The notes below the pieces were generated by a model, which was not told the DNA's origin, searched no databases, and worked only from the letters and a program-made list of their open reading frames with translations. From positions 56,936 through 88,935 of the forward strand of contig NZ_MPKA01000062.1 in the NCBI RefSeq assembly GCF_001945605.1: a DNA stretch of 32,000 bases. Direction: 5' to 3'. Positions 1-9,542 of the stretch are shown here, one piece after another (position 1 is the first letter of the stretch; each line of letters opens with the position of its first letter). The position numbers were made by a program, and so were the translations under genes. This DNA comes from Dubosiella newyorkensis (GTDB taxonomy: Bacteria; Bacillota_I; Bacilli_A; Erysipelotrichales; Erysipelotrichaceae).

Positions 1-99
1 AACAAGAAGTCTCTCTTATGAACAATAGAGGAGCTTCTTTTTATGTGACATTTAGGATCCAAAGATTATCTTCGAATTTGTCATCATACGAATAAAAAG

Positions 100-142
100 A
101 AAGTGCCGCGATCTCCCGACTTAGGAAATTGCGGCACTTTTT
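100..142 (-). terminator. Intrinsic terminator-like hairpin downstream of the larA-like gene (bidirectional geometry)
   Basis: Perfect 10-bp stem aaagtgccgc (100-109) / gcggcacttt (131-140). An A-run lies to the left and a T-run to the right, so a U-tract follows the stem on either strand. The loop is long (21 nt). Confidence 0.5.
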
Positions 143-173
143 AACTGACTTCTCTGGTTAGATTCTATTACAG

Positions 174-1473
174 CTATTGATCTGCGGTATTTTGGTTTTC
201 TTTGACGACGATCGAGACACCATTTGGGATACATGTCAAAGTGGCGTCTTTGCCTTTCATGGCATAGGCTTTTTCAAGCGCTGCTTCTAAAGTCGGCATA
301 TAGATCATCTTCAAGCCTTCGATCATTTCTTTCTGGCTTGGGTCGGCTACGAATAAGATGGGATGTTTGCGTGCGATTCTAGCTAAGATCTGCGAGCACC
401 GTTGATCGGGTCTTGTTTGTGTTTGCTCTGTTGCTAAGAATTTTTGATACGCCGTTTCGATATCTGGCTCATCGGCGATGATATGATAAAAGAAATCGCC
501 ACCTGTTCCATCTTTGCACGATGCAAGCATGATGATCACGCCATCTTCCTTCACGGTTGCTTCCGCCGCGCTCATTCCTTTTGGCGACTGGTATGCATTT
601 TGATCAAGCGGATAACCTCCATTGGTCGTGATCACTATATCGGCTTTTTTCGGCTCTACACATACGTAAGGGTCTAGAAAGGCGCATCCTGCTTCGTGGG
701 CTTTTTCAAAGTCTCCTGCGAATGCCGCGACTGTCTTTTTTTCTTCGTCGATCACGACATTTACGATATAAGCAAGTTTTGCGAGTCGAGCTGCTTCGAG
801 CATGTCTTTATGAATCGGATTATTTTTAAGGATGCCGGTGCGGGCGTTAGGATCGTCTATAAATTTTGAGCAATGATTGCCCATTACTGTAACTGCATCG
901 GCGATTCCCGGAAGCACGCTTTTGCGTCCTCCTGAATATCCCGCAAAAAAATGGGGTTCGATAAAGCCTTCCGCGATCAATAAGTCGGTATGGATCGCCT
1001 CTTTATCGATTATACACGCAGGGCCTGAAGGAAGAGTGCCGACTTGTTCGTTTCGAGAAGGATCATGGGCGTCATGAACGATGATCTTATCTTTGAACTG
1101 GGCGTATAATGTTTTTCCTAGTTTTGCTTGCAATTCTTCTGTGGAGGTTGGGCGGTGAAAGCCTGTCGCTACGAGCAGACGGATGTCGATCTTGGGATTG
1201 CCTTCTAAAAGTTCATTGATCATTTCCGGCAAAATATCTTGACTTGGCACTGGGCGTGTATGATCGCTAATAATGATCACACAGTCTTTTTTTTCCTCGT
1301 GCAAGTTCTTTAAGACGGGGTGAGCCGATCGGATGTTCCATGGCTTCTTTAACGAGTTGTCTTCCATCGCGCTTGCTTTTGAGCTGATCGACTTTGGAGA
1401 TTAAAACTGGCGTGTCATCAGACACCAGGATGTCTTGAGTCGTGGTGTCATAAAAAAAACGAACTTTCTTCAT
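174..1473 (-). pseudogene. larA: LarA-family nickel-pincer lactate racemase (DUF2088), interrupted by a 1-nt frameshift in a homopolymer
   Basis: Two overlapping minus-strand ORFs (1473..1267 and 1367..174) together cover a full LarA. The N-part is '...VKEAMEHPIGSPRLKELARGKK'. The C-part is 'DCVIIISDHTRPVP..LVATGFHRP..EGFIEPHFFAGYSGGRKSVLPGIA..MGNHCS..TNGGYPLDQNAYQSPKGMSAAEAT'. The frames meet at an A8 run (T8 on the + strand, 1287-1294). Deleting one A gives ...ELARGKKDCVIIISDHTRPVP. RBS AGGTGA lies upstream of ATG 1473. Confidence 0.8.
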
Positions 1474-1655
1474 ATGTATTCACCTACAATTGGTACTACC
1501 ATTCCTTTGTCTTTATTTTATGTAACCGCTTTCATCAATACAACTGTCACGCACAAAAAGAATTTTATCGATTTTACCTCGAATTCGTTATGAATATAAT
1601 TAACTTTTTGGGCTCATTTTTTTGTTTTTTGTCGTATTGAATAGAAGAAGCGAGA

Positions 1656-2039
1656 TTGATCTATGAGCTGATCGAAGTGCCGGAGGCATTGAAAGAATTC
1701 ACATTCAAAGGGAAGCTGGATCATTTTGCGATGGTAGCTCATTTGTTGTCCGCCTTGTCGTCAATGAACGTTCCTAAAGAGAAATGGGAGGAACTGGAAG
1801 AAGGAGGTCAGAACGATATGGAGCATGTTTTCAACTATTTTTCGGAAGAGAAGACGAAGAAGATCTTGGATCAAGGAATAAGCCAAGGTCGAGCAGAAGG
1901 TAAAGCAGAAACCAAACAAACGCATCTTGAAATCCTGCAGTGGCTTCAAGTCCATGATCGTCTTGATCTGAGCATTCAAGCTTTAAAACGTTCTGATATC
2001 GAACATTTCAAAAAGCGTGTGCTTGATCATTGGATCTAA
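1656..2039 (+). CDS. Hypothetical protein, possibly an orphan C-terminal fragment of an Rpn/PD-(D/E)XK 'transposase'-like protein
   Basis: TTG-initiated 127-aa ORF with no obvious RBS. The segment 'EEKTKKILDQGISQGRAEGKAE...LEILQWLQ...SDIEHFKKRV' resembles the charged-repeat plus helical tail of the Rpn-like protein at 24724..25524. No nuclease core is present. Confidence 0.3.
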   Translation: MIYELIEVPEALKEFTFKGKLDHFAMVAHLLSALSSMNVPKEKWEELEEGGQNDMEHVFNYFSEEKTKKILDQGISQGRAEGKAETKQTHLEILQWLQVHDRLDLSIQALKRSDIEHFKKRVLDHWI

Positions 2040-2154
2040 CAAGAAATCGATTCGAGTCATCTTTTTTAAATGAATGAAATAAAAACAAAAAGCAGAGAGT
2101 TCACTCTATTGGGATGAATCTCTGCTTTGAAATGTAATCTGGTTTTTTTCTTTT

Positions 2155-3012
2155 TTATATCGCTACATACGGCTTGAAGGCTTGGACCGCCAATGTGCCT
2201 AGTCCAGTATGAGAGCTGACCGCGCTGACTAAATCGATATACTCGATCTTAGCGCCTTCGATCGCTTTTTGGATTCGTTCGCCAAATTTTTGAGCGGCCT
2301 CCCTCGCATCGACATGCGCCACGATGATCGTATAGTCTTTGTTCACGCCATTTTTCTTAAGTCTCTCGATCACATAATCTTGCGCCTTGCTCATAGTCCG
2401 GACTTTGCCAAGCACATCGATCCGGCCGTCTGTTTCTAAATCAAGATGCAAGATCGGCTTGATCTTTAAAAGTCCGCCTAAGGCTGCCGCCATTGGTGTC
2501 AAACGTCCACCTTGTTTTAGATGGTTGAGATCGTCGACGAGCAAGATCGTATCGCAGCTTGCCGCGATGCGCTCCATTTCCTTAATGATCGTTTCCAAGC
2601 TTCTTCCTTGATCCCACATCCTTTTAGCGACCTCGATCATATGGCCTTGTACGACCGCGGTCGTATAGCAATCGATCCCAATAAAATCGAGCTCGTGCGT
2701 ATTGGCGGCCATCTCCATCGCGTTCATCGTAGAAGAGATCCCTTTGCAGATCGGAACGGCGAAGATCGTGTCGTATCCTTCTTCCTTGAGCGTTTCGAAT
2801 AAATCTTCGATCTGACCAAGTTTTGGCAATGAAGTTTTGATCGGCTTGTTTTCATGCAAGTCTTTGATCACATCCTTATATGTGATCTCTTCGCCTTCTT
2901 CATAGCTTTTGCCATCAACCTCGAGCTGAAGCGGCAATGAATATATGCCCTTCTCTTTCCAATACTCGACAGTATGGCCTGTACCTGAATCTGTCACAAA
3001 TGCGATTTTCAT
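2155..3012 (-). CDS. DegV family fatty-acid-binding protein (FakB-like)
   Basis: 285 aa. It has the 'MKIAFVTDSGTG' N-terminus, 'GISSTMNAMEMAA', and 'HLKQGGRLTPMAAALGGLLKIKPIL', all typical of DegV/EDD-fold proteins. Confidence 0.9.
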   Translation of the reverse strand: MKIAFVTDSGTGHTVEYWKEKGIYSLPLQLEVDGKSYEEGEEITYKDVIKDLHENKPIKTSLPKLGQIEDLFETLKEEGYDTIFAVPICKGISSTMNAMEMAANTHELDFIGIDCYTTAVVQGHMIEVAKRMWDQGRSLETIIKEMERIAASCDTILLVDDLNHLKQGGRLTPMAAALGGLLKIKPILHLDLETDGRIDVLGKVRTMSKAQDYVIERLKKNGVNKDYTIIVAHVDAREAAQKFGERIQKAIEGAKIEYIDLVSAVSSHTGLGTLAVQAFKPYVAI

Positions 3013-3030
3013 AATCTAATCATCCCTTTT

Positions 3031-3891
3031 CTATTCTTGTACTTTCTTGATATATTGAATTCCAACTGCGCCCATCCCCGTATGAGAAGCGATCACCGCA
3101 AACATCGGATGATGGCGGATGTCAATATTGGCACCGAATTTTTCTTTCAATTCAGCTTCGGCAAGCTTTGCGCCTTCTTCGTTTCTCGAATTGACCGTAA
3201 AAAACACGTAATCTTCACCAATCGGCACATCTTCAGCGATCTTTTCGACCGCTTTTTTGATCGCTTTGTTTTGAGTGCGCACTTTCTCATAAACACCCAC
3301 TTTTCCTTCCGTGTTTTTCGAGACTTCCAAGATCGGCTTGATCTTCAAAAGTCCGCCTAGCTTGGCTGCCATCGGAGTCAAACGGCCACCCTTGGCCAAA
3401 TGATCTAGATCGTTAGGAATCAAATACCCTGACGAGTTCTCGATCGCTTCTTTCAAAAGCGCCACGATCTCTTTCGGATCTTTACCATGCTCTAAAAGCT
3501 CTTGCGCTTTCAAAGCGCAATAGTTCTCGACTGCAAGCGTCGTGAATAGATCAAGCGTATGAACGTTGATATCATGTCGTTTCGCGGCAGCCTGTACGGT
3601 GGTGTTCGTGCTCGACAATCCATTCGAAAGCGTGATCAAAACGATATCGCTGATTCCCTCTTCGTTATACGATTCCAAAAGGTCTTCGATCTCGCCTAAT
3701 GGAGGCAAAGAAGTTTGAGGCATATTTCCTTCTTCCAACGTATCGTAAAGGGTATCGATGTTGAGATCGACACCATCTAAATAAACTTTATCATCGACAA
3801 TGACTTGGAGCGGCAAAAAATCCAGACCCAACTCATTCGCTTTATGTTTAGATAATCCTGTTCCACTATCGGTTATTACTTTAGCTCTCAT
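3031..3891 (-). CDS. DegV family fatty-acid-binding protein (second tandem paralog)
   Basis: 'KVITDSGTGLS', 'GLSSTNTTVQAAA', 'HLAKGGRLTPMAAKLGGLLKIKPIL'. I chose the start at ATG 3891 (MRAKVITD) because AAGGAG lies 6 nt upstream. The ORF-track start at 3909 has no RBS. Confidence 0.9.
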   Translation of the reverse strand: MRAKVITDSGTGLSKHKANELGLDFLPLQVIVDDKVYLDGVDLNIDTLYDTLEEGNMPQTSLPPLGEIEDLLESYNEEGISDIVLITLSNGLSSTNTTVQAAAKRHDINVHTLDLFTTLAVENYCALKAQELLEHGKDPKEIVALLKEAIENSSGYLIPNDLDHLAKGGRLTPMAAKLGGLLKIKPILEVSKNTEGKVGVYEKVRTQNKAIKKAVEKIAEDVPIGEDYVFFTVNSRNEEGAKLAEAELKEKFGANIDIRHHPMFAVIASHTGMGAVGIQYIKKVQE

Positions 3892-4037
3892 AAAATACTC
3901 CTTATTCAAGAAAAATGTACCACGTTTTTAGACGATAAACAAACAAGAGAACAGAATCCTTTGCCACATTCATCCATATCATACTATAGAACTTTCATAA
4001 AGAGGTTTATAATATGAATTAAACAGAGGTGTCTTAC

Positions 4038-4742
4038 ATGAAAAAATTGATCGAATTTAAAAATGTATCAAAAACATATACGATGGGCGAAGTACAGATC
4101 CACGCCCTTGAAGATGTCTCCTTCTCGATCAATGAAGGAGAATTCGTGATCATCGCCGGCGCGAGCGGCGCAGGAAAAAGCACGATCCTTAATTTGCTTG
4201 GTGGAATGGATACCGTCAGCAGCGGAGAAATCGTTGTCGATGGAAACATCATCTCCCAATATAACGATAAGCAAATGACATTGTATCGCCGTTATGATGT
4301 CGGATTCGTGTTCCAATTTTATAATCTCGTTCAAAATTTGACAGTCAAAGAAAATGTCGAGCTCGCCACCCAAATATCGAAAGATCCTTTAGATATCGAA
4401 AAGACGATCGCCTCCGTAGGCCTGCAAGATCGAATGTATAACTTCCCTGCCCAACTTTCAGGAGGAGAGCAGCAAAGAGTCGCGATCGCTCGCGCTCTCG
4501 CGAAAAACCCGAAGCTTTTGCTGTGCGACGAGCCAACAGGCGCCCTCGATTATGTGACAGGAAAACAAGTGTTGAAAGTTTTGCAAGAAACATGCCGCAA
4601 AGAGCATAAGACAGTCATCGTGATCACGCACAATCTCGCCCTTACGCAAATGGGCGATAAGATCATTCGAGTCCGTTCCGGCCGGATCGAAAGCATAGAA
4701 ATCAACGAGCATCCAATGGATGTAGATCGGATCGAATACTGA
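4038..4742 (+). CDS. ABC transporter ATP-binding protein (MacB/FtsE/LolD-type)
   Basis: Walker A 'GASGAGKST', Q-loop, signature '[15 protein letters not shown]', Walker B '[12 protein letters not shown]', H-loop 'ITHN'. Start is at ATG 4038 (MKKLIEF) after an AGAGG RBS. The stop overlaps the permease start (TGATG). Confidence 0.9.
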   Translation: MKKLIEFKNVSKTYTMGEVQIHALEDVSFSINEGEFVIIAGASGAGKSTILNLLGGMDTVSSGEIVVDGNIISQYNDKQMTLYRRYDVGFVFQFYNLVQNLTVKENVELATQISKDPLDIEKTIASVGLQDRMYNFPAQLSGGEQQRVAIARALAKNPKLLLCDEPTGALDYVTGKQVLKVLQETCRKEHKTVIVITHNLALTQMGDKIIRVRSGRIESIEINEHPMDVDRIEY

Positions 4743-7700
4743 TGCCAAAGATTTTATGGAAAGACTTGTTCGTGGAGATCCGGCATTCTCTAGGCCGTTT
4801 CTTTTCGATCGTCTGTATTGTTGCCTTAGGGGTCGCCTTTTTTGCCGGGATCAAGGCGAGCGCGCCCGATATGAAATACAGCGCCGACCAATATTTTGAT
4901 AAATACGATACCCAAGATATCCAAGTCTTCTCGACCTTGGGATTAAGAAAAAGCGATATCGAAGCGATCAAGAAGATCGACGGCGTAGAGCAAGTCCAGC
5001 CACTCTATTCGTTTGACGCCCTGACGCGTATTGGAGCGAGCGAGCAAGTGTTCAAAGTATTTTCTTTACCGAAAAAAAGCGAATTGAACAAAGTCCGCCT
5101 CGTAGAAGGAAGGATGCCGACCAAAGAAGACGAATGCTTGATCGAGGCGCCCAACGTGATGAATGAACTATTCGATGGCTATAAGATCGGAGATACGATC
5201 CATTTGTATTCTGGCGATTCGACACCGATCAGCGATACGCTAAAATACGACAGCTACAAGATCGTAGGGACTTGTTATTCGACACGTTATCTTTCGTATG
5301 AAAAAGGAGTCTCCTCGATCGGTTCAGGAAGCGTCAATTCCTTTGTCTTTATTCCAGAAGAAGATTTTAAACCTGATTATTATACCGAAATCGATGTCAG
5401 CGTCAAAGGCGCGAAAAAGATCAACACGTATTCCCAACAATATTTTGATCAAGTCGTTCCTGTCGTCAAAAAAATCGAAGCGATCGCCGGCAAACAAATC
5501 GACGCGCAGATCGCCAAAGAACAAAAAAATCTCGATGACGCCAAAAAAGAGGCGAATCAAAAGATCGCCGATGGACAAAAGCAACTCGACGAAGCCAAAA
5601 CACAATACGAAGAAGGCATGCAAAAACTGGCGCAAAGCGAAAATGAACTCGCTAGCGCCAAAGCCAAGCTCGATTCTGGCTGGAATGAATACAATCAAAA
5701 TATAGCCCAGCTCAATACAGGACTCCCTCAGCTTAACGCAGGGATCGCCCAGATCGAAGAACAGGAAGCCAAGCTTCCCGGACTCCAAAACCAGCTCAAC
5801 GATCTAAAAGCCCAACAAGAAAGTCTTATTTCGCAAAAAAAAGATCTAGAAGCAAAAATTTTACAAATTGATCAAGCGCTCGCCACCAAACAATCGCTGC
5901 TCGATCAACAAGCCGCTCTTTTACAACAACAAGCCGCTTTGAAAACCCTCTATGAACAGCAAGGAATCAGCGAAGAAGACTACAATGAGCAAAACACTTC
6001 TCTTCAAGCAAGTTTGGATCAGATCGAAGGCGCTCTCAGCCAATTTCCAGATTCTCTTGCCTCTCAAAAACAACAAGCACAGGAGGGTTTAAGCGCCCTA
6101 GAAGCGGGATCAAGCCAATGCGAAGCAGGGATCGCTCAACTCCAAGATGGGATCGCCAAGATCCAGCAAACCGTGAACACCAAACAATCCTTGCTTGCCC
6201 AAAAAGAAGCGATCTTAGCTGCCTATCCTCAGCTCGAGCAAGCCTATTCGACTCTTGTCGCCTCTCAAAATCAATACGAAAGTGGACTCGCCCAACTGCA
6301 AAGCGGCAAAGAAGAACTAGCCTCGGCCAAGCAAGAGATCGAAGAAAATCAAGCCAAATTGGATCAAGAAAAAAAAACCGCGGAACAAAAAATTGCGGAT
6401 GGACAAAAGAAGATCGATGATCTCAAGGGCGAATGGGTCGTTTTAGATCGAGATTCGTTTTATTCTTACCGGGACTATGAAGCGTGCGCCGATCGTATGG
6501 ATGGGATCGCTTCTGTCTTTCCTGTTTTCTTCTTTCTTGTTGCAGCTCTAGTTTGTATGACGACGATGACACGAATGGTAGACGAACAGCGCACGGAAAT
6601 CGGAACCTTGAAAGCGTTAGGCTACTCAAAAGGTCAGATCGCGATGAAATATTTGATGTATGCTTTATTGGCAAGTCTTTTGGGCTCGATCATTGGCTGC
6701 GCGATCGGAATGTTCGTTTTCCCTTATATTATTTTTTACGCCTGGAATACGATGTATTTGATCGAGACGATCCAATTCGAGTTCCAGCCTTGGCTTATGA
6801 TTGGCTCTAGCCTCGCGGTGACACTCGTCGTCTTGTTGGCCACATTTTTATCGATCTATAAAGAGTTGATGGAGGTGCCTAGCCAGCTTATGCGGCCAAA
6901 AGCAGCGAAAGCCGGCAAAAAGATCTTGCTTGAGAAAGTGTCGTTCATTTGGGATCGATTGAGCTTTTTGCATAAAGTGACGATCCGCAACATCTTCCGC
7001 TATAAAAAGCGCTTCTTTATGACCGTGATCGGGATCGCCGGGTGTTCGGCTCTGCTAGTCGCTGGTTTTGGGATCAACGATTCGATCTCAGATATCGTCA
7101 ATCAACAATATGGAAACATTTATCATATTGACGCGAGCGCCACTGCGGAAAACGACAAAAAAGATGTTTCCGAGCTCTTGAAGAAAGACCCAAATATCAA
7201 AGCAAGCTTTGAAGAAAAGACATTGAATGTCAATGTGGATGTGGCTGGAAAAGAAATGAGCGCGACGATCCACAGCATTCCGCTTGCCGAGCAGAATTCA
7301 TTTTCTTCCTTTACGACGTTGAAATCGATCGATTCGAAAGAAGAGCTTTCGATCCCTAAAGAAGGAGTCCTGATCTCGCAAAAGCTCGCGGAGAAAAAAG
7401 ATCTCGAAGTGAGCGATCCGATCGAATTTGAAACGCTCGATGGTCAATCGATCAAAACGAAGGTGGCGGGGATCTTCGAAAACTATGTAGGACACCAAAT
7501 CTATGTCAGCCAAGCCACCTTTGATTCGTGGAAATTGAAGGAAAAAGCGGATATCACTTACTTGCTGCAGCTCAAAGACACCTCCGATCATGCGCAAGAG
7601 TTGTTGGGCAATCGTTTATTGGAGAGTGGCGATTTCAAAAGCGTGCAGTTCTACTCTTCGCTTGAGAAAAACTTCTTGGATATGATCGGTTCGATCCAGA

Positions 7701-8095
7701 TGGTGGTCATCGTTCTCGTGCTTTCCGCAGCCGCCTTGGCGTTTGTCGTTCTTTATAATTTGAGCAATGTCAATATTAGTGAGCGGATGCGAGAGATTGC
7801 GACGATCAAGGTTCTTGGTTTTACGGAAAAAGAAGTCAACGCCTATGTGAATCGGGAATCTTTGATCCTAGCGATCATCGGTTCCTTGTGTGGTCTAGAA
7901 ATCGGGATCTTCCTGCATCATTTGATCATGAATCTTGCGGAGATGGATGATGTGATGTTTGGTAGAACGATCCTTTGGCAATCATTCCTGTTCAGCTTCC
8001 TGTTGACGATCCTCTTTGCTTGGCTTGTCAACTTCGTGATGAAGTTCAAGCTTCGTAAAGTAAAGATGGTCGAATCGCTCAAAGCGATCGAATAA
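4742..8095 (+). CDS. FtsX/MacB-type ABC permease (1117 aa) with a roughly 320-aa coiled-coil insertion in the first extracytoplasmic domain
   Basis: Translationally coupled to the ATPase. It has an N-terminal TM (FFSIVCIVALGVAFFAGI) and two FtsX-like 3-TM bundles (about aa 590-700 and 1000-1110, with the motifs 'EIGTLKALGYSK' and 'EIATIKVLGFTE'). Residues about 250-565 are Q/A/L/E-rich heptad sequence. Confidence 0.85.
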   Translation: MPKILWKDLFVEIRHSLGRFFSIVCIVALGVAFFAGIKASAPDMKYSADQYFDKYDTQDIQVFSTLGLRKSDIEAIKKIDGVEQVQPLYSFDALTRIGASEQVFKVFSLPKKSELNKVRLVEGRMPTKEDECLIEAPNVMNELFDGYKIGDTIHLYSGDSTPISDTLKYDSYKIVGTCYSTRYLSYEKGVSSIGSGSVNSFVFIPEEDFKPDYYTEIDVSVKGAKKINTYSQQYFDQVVPVVKKIEAIAGKQIDAQIAKEQKNLDDAKKEANQKIADGQKQLDEAKTQYEEGMQKLAQSENELASAKAKLDSGWNEYNQNIAQLNTGLPQLNAGIAQIEEQEAKLPGLQNQLNDLKAQQESLISQKKDLEAKILQIDQALATKQSLLDQQAALLQQQAALKTLYEQQGISEEDYNEQNTSLQASLDQIEGALSQFPDSLASQKQQAQEGLSALEAGSSQCEAGIAQLQDGIAKIQQTVNTKQSLLAQKEAILAAYPQLEQAYSTLVASQNQYESGLAQLQSGKEELASAKQEIEENQAKLDQEKKTAEQKIADGQKKIDDLKGEWVVLDRDSFYSYRDYEACADRMDGIASVFPVFFFLVAALVCMTTMTRMVDEQRTEIGTLKALGYSKGQIAMKYLMYALLASLLGSIIGCAIGMFVFPYIIFYAWNTMYLIETIQFEFQPWLMIGSSLAVTLVVLLATFLSIYKELMEVPSQLMRPKAAKAGKKILLEKVSFIWDRLSFLHKVTIRNIFRYKKRFFMTVIGIAGCSALLVAGFGINDSISDIVNQQYGNIYHIDASATAENDKKDVSELLKKDPNIKASFEEKTLNVNVDVAGKEMSATIHSIPLAEQNSFSSFTTLKSIDSKEELSIPKEGVLISQKLAEKKDLEVSDPIEFETLDGQSIKTKVAGIFENYVGHQIYVSQATFDSWKLKEKADITYLLQLKDTSDHAQELLGNRLLESGDFKSVQFYSSLEKNFLDMIGSIQMVVIVLVLSAAALAFVVLYNLSNVNISERMREIATIKVLGFTEKEVNAYVNRESLILAIIGSLCGLEIGIFLHHLIMNLAEMDDVMFGRTILWQSFLFSFLLTILFAWLVNFVMKFKLRKVKMVESLKAIE

Positions 8096-8130
8096 AAAAT
8101 GAATACTCCATCCAGTGTTTTAGTCTCAAC

Positions 8131-8169
8131 AAGACTCTCTTAGGATCAAAGAGGGTCTTCTTTTTTTTT
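8131..8169 (+). terminator. Rho-independent terminator of the ABC operon
   Basis: 10-bp stem aagactctct / agagggtctt (one G-U pair), followed by c and T9 (8161-8169). Confidence 0.8.
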
Positions 8170-8425
8170 GATGAAGTGTTTTTGATATATATTCATGATT
8201 TTATGATCCAAAGGAATTGCTCAATCCGCTCTCGAGCGTATCGTAAGCTTTGGCGATCAAGCTTATCAGCGGAAACAGACTGGAAATCTCTGAAAAGAAG
8301 ATTGGATCCAAGAAGATGGAAATAAGGCTTTTTTAACTAAAAAATTTTCTTTAAAAAAAATAAGCTCTAAGCCATTTCTAGCCTGGAGCTGTTCCTGGCA
8401 ACGGAGGTATGAAAACTAAAACAAA

Positions 8426-8860
8426 CTAGTTTTCAACGGTCCGGAAAGCTTCAGCAGAGAGATGAACGATCTTATAATGAAAATACGCAAAAGAATGCTT
8501 ATTATTTTCCTGATCGAGATAAATTTTCATTTCATCCAGCTTTTTAAAATAGGAAAGATGGATAAAATCTTGTACGCAGCGATCGATCCATTGTTCCGCT
8601 TCCTCTAATTGCGCAATTTTTCGATTGAATTTATAATCTGGATCATACTTCTCAAAATATTCGATCGCCTGATCAAACAGATCTACATCCATATTCACCT
8701 GTCCAGACTCCATTCTTGACAGTGAAGAATTGCTAACATGAAGAATTTTCGCCAGATCTTTCTGTGGGACTTCATAATATTTCCTCAATTCTTGAATGTA
8801 AGCGACACAAAAGCGATCTTTTCTATATTCTTCCTGATTTGTCTTTCTATAAATGGTCAT
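8426..8860 (-). CDS. XRE-family helix-turn-helix transcriptional regulator (144 aa)
   Basis: HTH_3-like segment 'QKDLAKILHVSNSSLSRMESGQVNMDVDLFDQAIEYF' followed by about 80 aa of helical tail. No clear SD sequence precedes the ATG. The gene is divergent from the 47-aa ORF and the secreted-protein gene. Confidence 0.75.
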   Translation of the reverse strand: MTIYRKTNQEEYRKDRFCVAYIQELRKYYEVPQKDLAKILHVSNSSLSRMESGQVNMDVDLFDQAIEYFEKYDPDYKFNRKIAQLEEAEQWIDRCVQDFIHLSYFKKLDEMKIYLDQENNKHSFAYFHYKIVHLSAEAFRTVEN

Positions 8861-8951
8861 ATTTTATTTTAGAATTTCGCAAAAAAACGATTCCCTTTCT
8901 TTTTAATACATTTTATCATGAATATAACAAAGAAAGAAGGATACAGGTTTT

Positions 8952-9095
8952 ATGAAAAGGAACTATATTAAATTCATTATGATGGTATGCGTCGGAGATG
9001 TTCTTCTCTTGCCTGCGTATTGCCCTGAACACCATAAGGTTGATGATTGCTGGAAAACAAGCTTACCTTATGGCGATAATAAAGGGCAGAAATGA
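8952..9095 (+). CDS. Candidate 47-aa secreted pro-peptide (below the ORF-track size cutoff)
   Basis: My own translation gives MKRNYIKFIMMVCVGDVLLLPAYCPEHHKVDDCWKTSLPYGDNKGQK. It has a basic n-region, a hydrophobic core and a polar Cys-containing tail. GAAGGA lies about 10 nt upstream of the ATG. The ORF sits between the divergent HTH gene and the secreted-protein gene. Confidence 0.3.
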   Translation: MKRNYIKFIMMVCVGDVLLLPAYCPEHHKVDDCWKTSLPYGDNKGQK

Positions 9096-9122
9096 AAACG
9101 TCTAAGAGAAAGAGGAAAAATA

Positions 9123-9542
9123 ATGACAATTAAATTAAAAAAAGCATTTTTATTGATTGCATCCGCATGTTTTATGATTTTATTATTAACTACTACAGCA
9201 TTTGCTTCATCTAGAAAATTAATCACTAAAACTGTTAATGGAACTTTAAATATTTATAGTGCATATACTTATAATTATCATTTTAACTCTAGCACTGTAC
9301 TAACTTATACTGGAAATTCGATTTCTCAGATTTCTAATTTAAGTTTTTCGAACATAGGATATACAGCTTCTCAGCCAAGTTTAAGTGCAAATTTTATTCC
9401 AAGCCAAAAAAGTAAAGCAAATTATGGCTCTTATGCTACATATGTTGTTACATTAACAAGAAATATATATGGTTATTACAGTGATAAAATCGATTATACT
9501 TTAACCTATAGACCAAGCGATAGCGGTACTCCATACTCTTAA
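9123..9542 (+). CDS. Small secreted protein of unknown function (Sec signal peptide, S/T/Y/N-rich)
   Basis: Signal peptide 'MTIKLKKAFLLIASACFMILLLTTTAFA|SS'. RBS GAGGA lies 6 nt upstream. The DNA is very AT-rich and contains no GATC. I recognise no family. Confidence 0.6.
   Translation: MTIKLKKAFLLIASACFMILLLTTTAFASSRKLITKTVNGTLNIYSAYTYNYHFNSSTVLTYTGNSISQISNLSFSNIGYTASQPSLSANFIPSQKSKANYGSYATYVVTLTRNIYGYYSDKIDYTLTYRPSDSGTPYS

Noticed and set aside
3892-3909. Upstream in-frame start codons proposed by the ORF track for several genes (3909, 4029, 11721, 13193, 13710, 18959, 21592, 22610, 22731, 27765)
   Set aside because: In each case a downstream ATG has a properly spaced AGGAGG-type RBS and matches the conserved family N-terminus. 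The upstream candidates are non-ATG codons or lack an RBS.
5298-5788. A K/S/R-rich 135-aa + strand ORF and a 154-aa - strand ORF inside the permease coiled-coil region
   Set aside because: These are alternative frames of a repetitive A/G-rich coiled-coil coding sequence. The annotated frame is continuous with the flanking FtsX domains.
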